From: a virus
Taxonomy: Duplodnaviria; Caudoviricetes
DNA: 24,869 nt
IMG/VR virus record: IMGVR_UViG_3300042343_001090
Coordinates: 1-24,869 of that record
Direction: 5' to 3' (one strand)
The notes beneath the pieces are model-generated. The model searched no databases and was not told the origin of the DNA. It was given only the letters and a program-made list of their open reading frames with translations. Shown here one piece after another: positions 1-8,636 of this stretch (its first letter is position 1; every line of letters starts with the position of its first letter). Both the position numbers and the translations under genes were made by a program.

Positions 1-930
1 ACCACTGGTTGTAATAACTTTGCTCAAGGATACCAAACACTTCGTTATAATACCACTGGTTGTAATAACTTTGCTAGTGGATATCAGGCACTTTGTGGCA
101 ATACCACTGGTTGTCATAACTTTGCTCAAGGATATCAGGCACTTCGTGGCAATACCACTGGTTGTAATAACACTGCAATTGGATATTTTGCACTTGCTTC
201 TAATACCACCGGTAAACATAACTTTGCTGGTGGATATTTTGCACTTTGTGGCAATACCACTGGTAATAGTAACTTTGCTCAAGGATATTGCGCACTTGTT
301 TCCAATACCACTGGTTGTTATAATATTGCGATTGGATATAACGCACTTTTTTCCAATACCAGTGGTTGTAATAACACTGCGTTTGGAGTTCGATCACTTT
401 ATTTCAACACCACTGGTAATTATAACTATGCTCAAGGATATCAAGCACTTTATAAGAATACAACTGGTACTAATAACTTTGCTCAAGGCTATAACGCACT
501 TAACGCTAATACCACTGGTAATAATAACTTTGCTCATGGATATGTTGCACTTTGTAAAAATACCGGTGGTAAAAATAACTTTGCTAGTGGATATTTTGCA
601 CTTTGGAACAATACCACTGGTTCTAATAATTTTGCTCAAGGATATAACGCACTTTATAGTAATACCACTGGTTATAATAACTTTGCTCAAGGATATTGCG
701 CACTTTATTCCAATACTACTGGTAGTAATAACACTGCTATTGGAACCGCTGCACTTCGTTATAATACCGCTGGTAGTAATAATGTTTCTCAAGGATATCT
801 AGCACTTTATTGCAATTCTACTGGTTCTAATAACTTTGCAGTTGGACTTTGTACATCTTATTGCAATTCTACTGGTTCTAATAACATTGCTCAAGGAGCT
901 TACGCACTTCGTAATAATACCACTGGTAAC
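1..930 (+). repeat. 51-nt (17-aa) coding tandem repeat array 1: 18 unit starts plus a partial unit at the edge
   Basis: AATACCACTGGT-type unit starts recur every 51 nt from 49 to 916; consensus NTTGxNNFAQGYxALxx. Confidence 0.95.
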
Positions 931-3432
931 AATAACATTGCAGTTGGGTGTTGTGCGTTATATAGCGTAAATGCTACTGGAAATAACATCGCAATTGGGG
1001 CTAACGCTGGTCAATCGTTGACTACTGGGGTTAATAATACCATTATTGGTCAATTATCTGGTACCGCTGGTCTAAGTGATACAGTACTAATTGGTGCTGG
1101 TACAACAGAACGAATCAAAGTTGATGCTACTGGGTTATCAATTAACGGCACTGCATTTAGTGGTGGTGGCAGTACTACATTAGATGCAAATGGCAACTTA
1201 AAAATTGGAACTGGGGCACTTGTTGCTAATACCACCGGTGCTAATAACTTTGCTGTTGGATGTAGAACACTTTGTAGCAATACCATTGGTAATAATAACG
1301 TTGCTCAAGGATATTGGGCACTTGCTCTTAATACCACTGGTAATAATAACGTTGCTGTTGGATATCGAGCACTTATGGCCAATACCTCCGGTAATCATAA
1401 CACCGCTTTTGGATGTGCAGCACTTTGTGGAAATACCACTGGTAGTCATAACTTTGCTAGTGGAACTTATGCACTTTTTGCCAATACTAATGGTTGTCAT
1501 AACTTTGCTCAAGGATATCAAGCACTTCGCTACAATACCACTGGTTGTAATAACTTTGCTAGTGGATATACTGCACTTTGTGGCAATACCACTGGTTGTC
1601 ATAACTTTGCTCAAGGATATCAGGCACTTCGTGGCAATACCACTGGTTGTAATAACACTGCAATTGGAAATCAAACACTTTGTGCCAATACCACCGGTAA
1701 ACATAACTTTGCTCAAGGATATTACGCACTTAAATCTAATACTACTGGTAATAATAACTTTGCTAGTGGATATTTTGCACTTAATGCCAATACCACTGGT
1801 AATAATAACTTTGCTCAAGGATATCAAGCACTTGCTTCTAATACTACTGGTATTAATAACATTGTAATTGGAAATCAAGCACTTTATAATAATACCACTG
1901 GTAGTTATAACTTTGCCAGTGGTTTTCAAACACTTCGTTTAAATACTACAGGTAGTCATAACTTTGCTGTTGGAGCTTGCGCACTGTATGCCAATACCAC
2001 TGGTAATAATAACTTTGCTCAAGGATATTGGGCACTTAAAGCAAATACCACTGGTTGTAATAACTTTGCTCAAGGATATCTAGCACTTAAATCCAATACT
2101 ACTGGTTGTAATAACGTTGCTCACGGATATTACGCACTTGCTGCAAATACCACTGGTTCTAATAACACTGCGATTGGATATAACGCACTTTATTCCAATA
2201 CCAATGGTAAGCATAACTTTGCTCAAGGATACAACGCACTTTATAATAATACCACTGGTTGGAATAACTTTGCTCAAGGATATTACGCACTTTATTCCAA
2301 TACTACTGGTAATAATAACATTGCAGTTGGGTGTTGTGCGTTATACAACTCAAACGCTACTGGTAATAACATTGCAATTGGGGCTGATGCTGGTAAGTCG
2401 TTAACTACTGGGGTTAATAATACTATTATTGGGCAATTAACAGCTAGTGCTGGTCTAAGTAATACAGTACTGATCGGTGCTGGTACAACAGAACGAATCA
2501 AAGTTGATTCTACTGGGTTATCGATTAATGGTGTTGCGGTTGGTAGTGCAACAAATTTTGGATTTAAAAATAGACTCATTAATGGTCAATTTAACATAAG
2601 CCAACGTGGTATTGCTGCACAAACTATAACTGCAGGAGTAACTGTACCAACAGTATCAACTGGCTATCAATTAGATAGATGGTTTGGTTATAGTACTGGT
2701 GCTAATGTGACAATACAACCTGTTGTTGTTAGCGGTATAATTTCAGGTCAGGTAACTGGAGCAGCTAGTGTATTAACTGTCGGTATAGGGCAAAGAATTG
2801 AATCACTGAATTCACAAGACCTTGCTGGTAAGAATGTTACATTATCATTTTGGGCTAGTAATTCATTATTAACTACAATGAATGTTGCTATTTCTTATGC
2901 AACCACATCGGATACATTTGGAACAATCGGTACACCAACTAAAACATTGATTACAAATACAAATTTTGCAATAACAGCTACCTTGACCTCATATTCAATG
3001 ACATTTTTAATGCCAAGTGCAGCATTAACTGGTGTAGAAATATTATTTACTGTTGGAGCGCAAACAAGTGGCACATGGAACATTGGACAAGCTCAATTTG
3101 AGCAGGGTAGTGCTGCAACCACTTTTGATTATAGACCTATTGGCGCAGAAATGTTGTTTTGTCAACGATACCTAGAAGTAATAGCAACAAATCTATTTAG
3201 ATGGTCTGGTTATAACCCAACAGCAGCTTCTGCAAATAATTATGGAACTATACCAATGCAAGCAATTAAGCGAATAACGCCAACAACTGTAATGTCATTT
3301 GCTGCAAATAATGTAAGTGCTGTGAGTTTAGTGAGTAATCCCACTTCTCTAGCTTTTACTGCAACAAATACAGCAGTTGGTTTTTGGCTTTTTTATAATT
3401 CAGCTGCTGCAACAATAAATGCGGAGCTTTAA
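1..3432 (+). CDS. Long repeat-rich tail fibre / adhesin-like virion protein, 5'-truncated by the window edge (at least 1143 aa)
   Basis: Frame +1 reads open from base 1 (ACC ACT GGT TGT AAT AAC...) into the listed 1018..3432 ORF, so TTG 1018 is not the true start. Two arrays of 17-aa repeats are followed by a C-terminal domain with GFKNRLINGQFNISQRG, LDRW and FDYRPIGAEMLFCQRY motifs typical of phage fibre tip domains. Confidence 0.8.
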   Translation, partial: TTGCNNFAQGYQTLRYNTTGCNNFASGYQALCGNTTGCHNFAQGYQALRGNTTGCNNTAIGYFALASNTTGKHNFAGGYFALCGNTTGNSNFAQGYCALVSNTTGCYNIAIGYNALFSNTSGCNNTAFGVRSLYFNTTGNYNYAQGYQALYKNTTGTNNFAQGYNALNANTTGNNNFAHGYVALCKNTGGKNNFASGYFALWNNTTGSNNFAQGYNALYSNTTGYNNFAQGYCALYSNTTGSNNTAIGTAALRYNTAGSNNVSQGYLALYCNSTGSNNFAVGLCTSYCNSTGSNNIAQGAYALRNNTTGNNNIAVGCCALYSVNATGNNIAIGANAGQSLTTGVNNTIIGQLSGTAGLSDTVLIGAGTTERIKVDATGLSINGTAFSGGGSTTLDANGNLKIGTGALVANTTGANNFAVGCRTLCSNTIGNNNVAQGYWALALNTTGNNNVAVGYRALMANTSGNHNTAFGCAALCGNTTGSHNFASGTYALFANTNGCHNFAQGYQALRYNTTGCNNFASGYTALCGNTTGCHNFAQGYQALRGNTTGCNNTAIGNQTLCANTTGKHNFAQGYYALKSNTTGNNNFASGYFALNANTTGNNNFAQGYQALASNTTGINNIVIGNQALYNNTTGSYNFASGFQTLRLNTTGSHNFAVGACALYANTTGNNNFAQGYWALKANTTGCNNFAQGYLALKSNTTGCNNVAHGYYALAANTTGSNNTAIGYNALYSNTNGKHNFAQGYNALYNNTTGWNNFAQGYYALYSNTTGNNNIAVGCCALYNSNATGNNIAIGADAGKSLTTGVNNTIIGQLTASAGLSNTVLIGAGTTERIKVDSTGLSINGVAVGSATNFGFKNRLINGQFNISQRGIAAQTITAGVTVPTVSTGYQLDRWFGYSTGANVTIQPVVVSGIISGQVTGAASVLTVGIGQRIESLNSQDLAGKNVTLSFWASNSLLTTMNVAISYATTSDTFGTIGTPTKTLITNTNFAITATLTSYSMTFLMPSAALTGVEILFTVGAQTSGTWNIGQAQFEQGSAATTFDYRPIGAEMLFCQRYLEVIATNLFRWSGYNPTAASANNYGTIPMQAIKRITPTTVMSFAANNVSAVSLVSNPTSLAFTATNTAVGFWLFYNSAAATINAEL
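916..1149 (+). repeat. Array-capping linker, copy 1 (copy 2 at 2299-2532)
   Basis: NNNIAVGCCALY..NATGNNIAIGA.AG.SLTTGVNNTIIGQL...AGLS.TVLIGAGTTERIKVD.TGLSING occurs twice, 1383 nt apart. Confidence 0.95.
1228..2310 (+). repeat. 51-nt (17-aa) coding tandem repeat array 2: 22 unit starts
   Basis: Unit starts run from 1228 to 2299 (21 x 51 nt apart) with the same consensus as array 1. Confidence 0.95.
2299..2532 (+). repeat. Array-capping linker, copy 2
   Basis: Gap-free match to 916-1149 with many synonymous differences. Confidence 0.95.
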
Positions 3433-3482
3433 ATGCATACAACAGTACAATTTTAACAATTAATTCGGAGATAATATAATTT

Positions 3483-3752
3483 ATGTATAAAACAATAATC
3501 AATTCGTTGTCAATATTACGAGTAGCTGATAACGCATTTATACCTGCGTCAGCTTCAAATTTAGATTACATGCAATATATAGCATGGTTAGAAGAAGGGA
3601 ATATTCCGGAGATGTCAACCGGAATAGCATGTGAAGAAATGTTAGCTGACACAATACTAGACCCTCCTGAGCATATTATGATCTATATACCTCAACCTAA
3701 TAATGACCCTGTTGATTTTAGTAATACAACGTCGTTAAATTTAACTAACTAG
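3483..3752 (+). CDS. Small tail-fibre-associated (assembly/chaperone-like) protein
   Basis: ILRVADNAFIP...NLDYMQYIAWLEEGNIPE resembles small proteins that follow phage fibre genes; GGAG upstream; ends TAG TAA TAA. Confidence 0.65.
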   Translation: MYKTIINSLSILRVADNAFIPASASNLDYMQYIAWLEEGNIPEMSTGIACEEMLADTILDPPEHIMIYIPQPNNDPVDFSNTTSLNLTN

Positions 3753-3780
3753 TAATAATGCCAGCACATTTACTAATAAT

Positions 3781-3973
3781 TTAATTGAATTAGATAATTC
3801 AAAATTTATAGTAAGTTAATACGAATAATCCAGGCAAACTATTACCAGTTGCAATTAAAGCTATTCAAGAATTATCTAAAAAACTTCAAGTGTTAACTAA
3901 TCAAAATATCGAACTTCAAGTAGAAAAACAAAAAAATTGGTTAAAAATTAAGGCATACTGCTTATTAAGTTAA
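3781..3973 (+). pseudogene. Relic resembling the C-terminus of a Peptidase S74 intramolecular chaperone domain of a tail fibre
   Basis: 3815-3973 reads VNTNNPGKLLPVAIKAIQELSKKLQVLTNQNIELQVEKQKNWLKIKAYCLLS*, preceded by in-frame TAA (3812-3814) with no start codon before the motif; LLPVAIKAIQEL plus a coiled coil is the usual S74 chaperone ending. Confidence 0.6.
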
Positions 3974-3993
3974 GTAGTATGCCTGTTTCTTCT
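3951..3993 (+). terminator. Intrinsic terminator-like hairpin, possibly bidirectional
   Basis: AGGCATACTGCTTA (3951-3964) pairs with TAAGTAGTATGCCT (3971-3984), 14 bp with one G-U and a 6-nt loop; followed by GTTTCTTCT and preceded by an A-rich tract. Confidence 0.75.
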
Positions 3994-4013
3994 GCACTAC
4001 ATCATTTCATTTA

Positions 4014-4020
4014 ATAAATA
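4014..4020 (+). promoter_or_regulatory. T4-type late promoter-like motif ATAAATA upstream of the glyco-modification cluster
   Basis: Ends 22 nt before ATG 4043; matches 7 of 8 bases of the T4 late consensus TATAAATA; the extended ATAAATATGATAA is also upstream of the gp14-like gene. Confidence 0.6.
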
Positions 4021-4042
4021 TGATAAAATAAATATTACTTAA

Positions 4043-4951
4043 ATGGCTATTATGAAACCACTTGGCGGAACTGAAATTCTGTATAACAACTTATTAAAAT
4101 ACACAGATTTAAATTGGCAACAAAATGTTAACTTAATTCCAAGTTTTTGTAACCACTCAAACTTAGACCCAACTAGAAAAAATATAGTTTGGCAACATTT
4201 AATGACCGACCAACTAGCTACAGTTGGCATGAATGATGTTACATTTACTAATGCAGTTGACCAGTTTATATATGTTAGTAACTGGCAATTTAAACAATTT
4301 CAAGAATTATATCAACTTGATCATTTAAACAACATTGTAATAAAAAACGCAATAGACCCAATAGACTACATTCAAAAACCAACTGATAAACTTAGATTAA
4401 TTTACACATCAATGCCATTTCGTGGACTTGATATATTACTAGATGCATTTAACCTAATTAATAACCCTGATATTGAATTAGTAGTTTATTCATCTAATGT
4501 AATATATGGCACACAATATAGCAATAGTGTTGGTAACATGTATGACCATTTATTTAATAGATGCAAATCTATGAAGAATGTTGTATATAAAGGGTATGCT
4601 ATGAATAAAGCAATAAGAAAAGCATTGCAAACTTCCCATATATTAGCATATCCAAGTACTTTTAAGGAAACTAGTTGTTTAGCTGCAATTGAAGCAGGTG
4701 CAGCTGGATGCAAAATTGTTACAACTAATTTAGGTGCATTACCGGAAACTTGTGATAAATGGGCTACTTATGTAAATTATACTGAAAATAGAAATGAATT
4801 AGTAGAAAATTATGCAGAAACTTTAAAAAAGGAGATTGACAACTATACTAATACCAGTTATAATATACAAAGTAAATGGTTTAATGATAGTTATTCGTGG
4901 TTAAATCGTAAAGCTGAATGGGATACATTACTAAATGATAATCAAGTATGA
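4043..4951 (+). CDS. Glycosyltransferase, GT-B fold, GT4-like
   Basis: N-terminal GGTE, RGLDILL and YPSTFKETSCLAAIEAGAAG containing the E-x7-E motif. Confidence 0.88.
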   Translation: MAIMKPLGGTEILYNNLLKYTDLNWQQNVNLIPSFCNHSNLDPTRKNIVWQHLMTDQLATVGMNDVTFTNAVDQFIYVSNWQFKQFQELYQLDHLNNIVIKNAIDPIDYIQKPTDKLRLIYTSMPFRGLDILLDAFNLINNPDIELVVYSSNVIYGTQYSNSVGNMYDHLFNRCKSMKNVVYKGYAMNKAIRKALQTSHILAYPSTFKETSCLAAIEAGAAGCKIVTTNLGALPETCDKWATYVNYTENRNELVENYAETLKKEIDNYTNTSYNIQSKWFNDSYSWLNRKAEWDTLLNDNQV

Positions 4952-5585
4952 TACAGTTGAAAATAGTAGAGTTTATATCTCTGAAAAAATTAAAGCTGAA
5001 AAAATCAAAAATTCTAACTATACTGTAATAGACATTGGTGGAGTTACTAATGTGTGGACGTTAGATATAATTGATTTATTAGTTGATATTAACACCACTG
5101 ATACCCTTAACAGTTTATCAGTTGATATATGCTCAACAGAATCTCTCGTCAAGTTACAGACCTATGTTGAAGAACATGGTATGTTTGATTACGCAATATG
5201 CACACATACTCTTGAAGATATATTCAATCCAATTGATATATTAAAAATATTACCAACTATAGCAAAACGCGGTGTTATTTCTATGCCAAGTGCTAATACT
5301 GAGTTTTCAAGATGTGAAAACCCTCATTGGTTAGGATATATTCATCATAGGTGGATTTTTGATCAGACTGGCACAACAATGTTGATTATTCCTAAAATAA
5401 GTGTATTAGAAGCATTATGCAGCAACCGGTTTTCATATAAAAAAGCTCAAGAAGAAATCCGATATGAATGGGAAACATCAATTCCATACACCTTATTTAT
5501 GGATAATTATTTAGGCCCATCTGCAGCTGCAGTAATTAATCATTATACAGCATTAATTGAAACAATTTATAATAGAAAAATATGA
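4935..5585 (+). CDS. Class I SAM-dependent methyltransferase-like protein
   Basis: VIDIGG (motif I-like) and FDYAICTHTLEDI; overlaps the upstream gene by 17 nt. Confidence 0.7.
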   Translation: MIIKYDTVENSRVYISEKIKAEKIKNSNYTVIDIGGVTNVWTLDIIDLLVDINTTDTLNSLSVDICSTESLVKLQTYVEEHGMFDYAICTHTLEDIFNPIDILKILPTIAKRGVISMPSANTEFSRCENPHWLGYIHHRWIFDQTGTTMLIIPKISVLEALCSNRFSYKKAQEEIRYEWETSIPYTLFMDNYLGPSAAAVINHYTALIETIYNRKI

Positions 5586-6262
5586 CAACAAAAGTAATGA
5601 TAGGAACACCGTGTTACGATGGTAGGCTTGATGTTTGGTATACTAATAGCTTAATGAATACCATTAAAGAAAGCGTTGAGCATGACGTTGAAATAATACC
5701 AATTTGGGTTAGCTTTGACGCGTTGCTACAACGAGCTAGAAACGATACAGTTCATCTAGCTATAGAAACAGATGTAGATTATTTAATATTTATTGATTCC
5801 GACATTGAATGGCAACCTTCTGATTTTTTTAAATTACTTAACTACCCAGAAGACATCGTCGGAGGAACTTATCGAAAAAAAGGCGATATTGAGGAATATG
5901 TAGTTAGATTACTAAAAGATAGTCCTCCAATGTCATCAACCTCAAACTTATTAGAAGTATCTGGATTAGGAACAGGATTTTTGAAAATAAGTAAAGCAGC
6001 ACTGCAATATTTATGGGATATTAGTGAACCATACATTGATACAAAAGATAACGCAGAACATCGGATGATTTTTGATGTAGCAATTAAAAATCATAGCTTT
6101 CACAGCGAAGACATTGTTATGTGCGACAAACTCCGTAATGGCGGGTTTAAATTATGGTTAGATACTAGTATTACATGTAATCATATTGGACCATACAAAT
6201 TCACAGGCAATTACGCCGTGTGGAATAATACCCCCCAACCACTTATTAAAAAACAATTATGA
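5582..6262 (+). CDS. Glycosyltransferase, GT-A fold, GT2-like
   Basis: VMIGTP, RARN, FIDSD (DxD), GLGTGFLKI, SEDIVMC and HIG motifs; ATGA overlap with upstream gene. Confidence 0.8.
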   Translation: MTTKVMIGTPCYDGRLDVWYTNSLMNTIKESVEHDVEIIPIWVSFDALLQRARNDTVHLAIETDVDYLIFIDSDIEWQPSDFFKLLNYPEDIVGGTYRKKGDIEEYVVRLLKDSPPMSSTSNLLEVSGLGTGFLKISKAALQYLWDISEPYIDTKDNAEHRMIFDVAIKNHSFHSEDIVMCDKLRNGGFKLWLDTSITCNHIGPYKFTGNYAVWNNTPQPLIKKQL

Positions 6263-7059
6263 ATAAACAATTTGTTATGTTATCCGGATTACCTCGATCT
6301 GGGTCTACAGTTTTAGGATCTATGCTTAATCAACATCCGTTGATACACTCTTCTACAACATCACCTGTTATTGATATGATTGAAGTATTAAACAATACCT
6401 GGCCTGCAATATCAGGAGCATTAACAAACACCTCTGAACATCAATATACAAATATGATTAGAGGAGTCTGTGAAGGTGCGTATGAACATATTCAAAAACC
6501 AATAATTATTGATAAAAATCGCTTATGGCCTAGACACGGCAAACTAATGACGGCGGTTTTAGAACATAAACCTAAAATCATATGCACAGTGCGTAGTATT
6601 CCTGAAATATTAGCATCATACATTACATTGATTAACAAAAATCCAAATAAAATTACCTTTATTGATCAAGATTTGATAGACAATAAACTAGTAGTTAACA
6701 ATAAAAATAGATGTAAATTACTATGGGAGAAATATATCAATGGACCTTATAATAGTGTAAGAATTGGGATTAATTCTCCCAATGTTGATTTATTAGTAGT
6801 AACATACGCTGATATAGTTGAGGATAGTCAAAATACAATGAACAAAATTTGTAACTTCATTGGTATTGATTCGGTTAATATTGATCTGCAGAATATGCAA
6901 CAAATGAATGAAAATGATATGTATCATGGCGGAATTACTGGATTGCATGATGTAAGGCCAATAATGCAGCGTGTTAGTTTACCACCCGAAATGATCATTG
7001 GCAACGAATTAACAGAACTGTATACTAATATGAAATTAGATTTTTGGAATAAACGATGA
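6259..7059 (+). CDS. PAPS-dependent sulfotransferase
   Basis: 5'-PSB loop GLPRSGSTVL and 3'-PB motif RSIPEILAS (R-x7-S); ATGA overlap. Confidence 0.88.
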   Translation: MNKQFVMLSGLPRSGSTVLGSMLNQHPLIHSSTTSPVIDMIEVLNNTWPAISGALTNTSEHQYTNMIRGVCEGAYEHIQKPIIIDKNRLWPRHGKLMTAVLEHKPKIICTVRSIPEILASYITLINKNPNKITFIDQDLIDNKLVVNNKNRCKLLWEKYINGPYNSVRIGINSPNVDLLVVTYADIVEDSQNTMNKICNFIGIDSVNIDLQNMQQMNENDMYHGGITGLHDVRPIMQRVSLPPEMIIGNELTELYTNMKLDFWNKR

Positions 7060-7700
7060 TAATAGAATCATTTAGAAATCGTTTTATTCAAATGAAAAAC
7101 AATGGTAATAATGTTCAATATGTTTTAGATATTGGAGCATATCGAGGTGATTTTACTGAAACTGTAAAATCAGTATGGCCAACTGCTATTGTTCGTCAAT
7201 TTGAAGCCGACGAAAGACAAAAATCTTGGTTACAGGACAATGCTATTATAGCGTTACTTGGTGATCAAAATAATCAATCTGTTAACTATTATACATTACC
7301 TGATGATAAAATTACAACCGGTAGTTCGATCTTTAAGGAACAAACTATACATTATGCATCACCTATTGTCATACAAAAAGAAATGAGAACGTTAGATAGT
7401 TTACATACTACTTACAATTTCTTTGGAGATTGGAAAAATCTTGGTTTAATAAAGTTAGATACCCAAGGGTCTGAGTTATTAATACTAGAAGGTGCTCGCC
7501 AATTTTTACATAACAAACAACCACGGTATATTTTAATTGAATGTTCGTGGCAACAATATAATCAAGGTTCACCACTTTTAGCAGAAGTAGTCGCACAACT
7601 TGATAAATTAGAGTATAAAGCAACTGACATTTTTGATACATCATACGATTTGCATAATAATTTACTTCAAACTGATATTTTATTTGAAAGGAAACAATAA
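7056..7700 (+). CDS. FkbM-family methyltransferase
   Basis: LDIGAYRG, FEA, RTLDSL and IKLDTQGSELLILEG motifs; ATGA overlap. Confidence 0.9.
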   Translation: MIIESFRNRFIQMKNNGNNVQYVLDIGAYRGDFTETVKSVWPTAIVRQFEADERQKSWLQDNAIIALLGDQNNQSVNYYTLPDDKITTGSSIFKEQTIHYASPIVIQKEMRTLDSLHTTYNFFGDWKNLGLIKLDTQGSELLILEGARQFLHNKQPRYILIECSWQQYNQGSPLLAEVVAQLDKLEYKATDIFDTSYDLHNNLLQTDILFERKQ

Positions 7701-8636
7701 ATGAAAAAAATATTTTTTATAGATGGCGGCGCAGGTCGAATAATTGCAGCAATTCCTGCACTGTTGAAATACAATCGATTAAACCCTAATACAGAATGGT
7801 CAATATTAGTTAGTATTTGGGATTTTTTGTTTTGGGGTATTCCTGAACTACAAGATCGAGCCTACAACTTAGATACTAAAGGGGTATTTGATAATGTAGT
7901 AAAACATGCTGACATTATAGTAACTCCAGAACCCTATCGAAATCCTGCATATTTCCGACAAGAAATATCGTTAGTGCAAGCATTTGATAGAGAAATTAAC
8001 GGAGTTACTGACCACAGTGATTTAGGTGCTCCTACACTAGTGTTTAATAAACAAGAAACTGCAGTTGCAGTGAAAACGATTAATAATATTAAAGCTTCAC
8101 AAAAGAAACAAAAAACGATTATTTTTCAACCATTTGGACGAGGTGCAAACATTGACCCCGACTCTAACCAAATTATTGATGAAGAATCGAGAAGTTTAAG
8201 TTCAACCGATTATGTTAAGTTGACTAAAAAGTTAGGAATGAAATATAATTTAATTTTCTTTGGTGAGCCCGATTTTCAGTTAAAAGAGGACACTATTTCG
8301 GCAAAATTCACATGTGAGTTGCGCCAATGGGGTGCTTTGATTAAAGCTGCTAATTATTTTATTGGCTGCGATAGCAGCGGTCAACATATAGCTAGAGCAG
8401 TCAGTACTCCTGGTACAGTTATTTTTGGATCTACATTTCCAATTAATACTTCTTACCCTGATTACTTTAACATAATTGAAAAAGCAGGTGCTAAGAAATA
8501 TAGCCCAATTAGAATTACTGGATTGGATGTATCATTAGCAAACCGATTAAACGAAAATTCTATGAACTTTACTGATAAAGAATTAAATGATATGTATCTA
8601 GCAATTGTTGCAGATATTGAGAAAAAGGTGAAATAA
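7701..8636 (+). CDS. GT9-like (heptosyltransferase-like, GT-B) glycosyltransferase
   Basis: IDGGAGRIIAAIPAL near the N-terminus and FIGCDSSGQHIARAVSTPGTVIFGST resembling the GT9 DSGxxHxAxA motif. Confidence 0.72.
   Translation: MKKIFFIDGGAGRIIAAIPALLKYNRLNPNTEWSILVSIWDFLFWGIPELQDRAYNLDTKGVFDNVVKHADIIVTPEPYRNPAYFRQEISLVQAFDREINGVTDHSDLGAPTLVFNKQETAVAVKTINNIKASQKKQKTIIFQPFGRGANIDPDSNQIIDEESRSLSSTDYVKLTKKLGMKYNLIFFGEPDFQLKEDTISAKFTCELRQWGALIKAANYFIGCDSSGQHIARAVSTPGTVIFGSTFPINTSYPDYFNIIEKAGAKKYSPIRITGLDVSLANRLNENSMNFTDKELNDMYLAIVADIEKKVK

Noticed and set aside
1018-1020. TTG 1018 as the fibre start codon
   Set aside because: The frame is open upstream to base 1 with the same repeats, and this Leu corresponds to an internal TTA in the second linker.
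1-2310. CRISPR array interpretation of the regular repeats
   Set aside because: Units are contiguous, degenerate, in frame and coding; there are no unique spacers or cas genes.
49-2532. Diversity-generating retroelement TR/VR pair
   Set aside because: Differences between repeat copies are not confined to adenines and are often synonymous; no reverse transcriptase in the window. A DGR elsewhere in the genome cannot be excluded.
20-2579. Alternative-frame and antisense ORFs over the repeat arrays (20..802, 394..792, 1198..1929, 1205..1867, 2117..2404 and others)
   Set aside because: Shadow frames of the 51-nt repeat: a stop-free unit stays stop-free when repeated. They lack RBSs and overlap the frame +1 gene.
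3433-3456. Mini-ORF MHTTVQF* resembling the start of the 3483 gene
   Set aside because: Similarity is too short and AT-rich to distinguish from chance.
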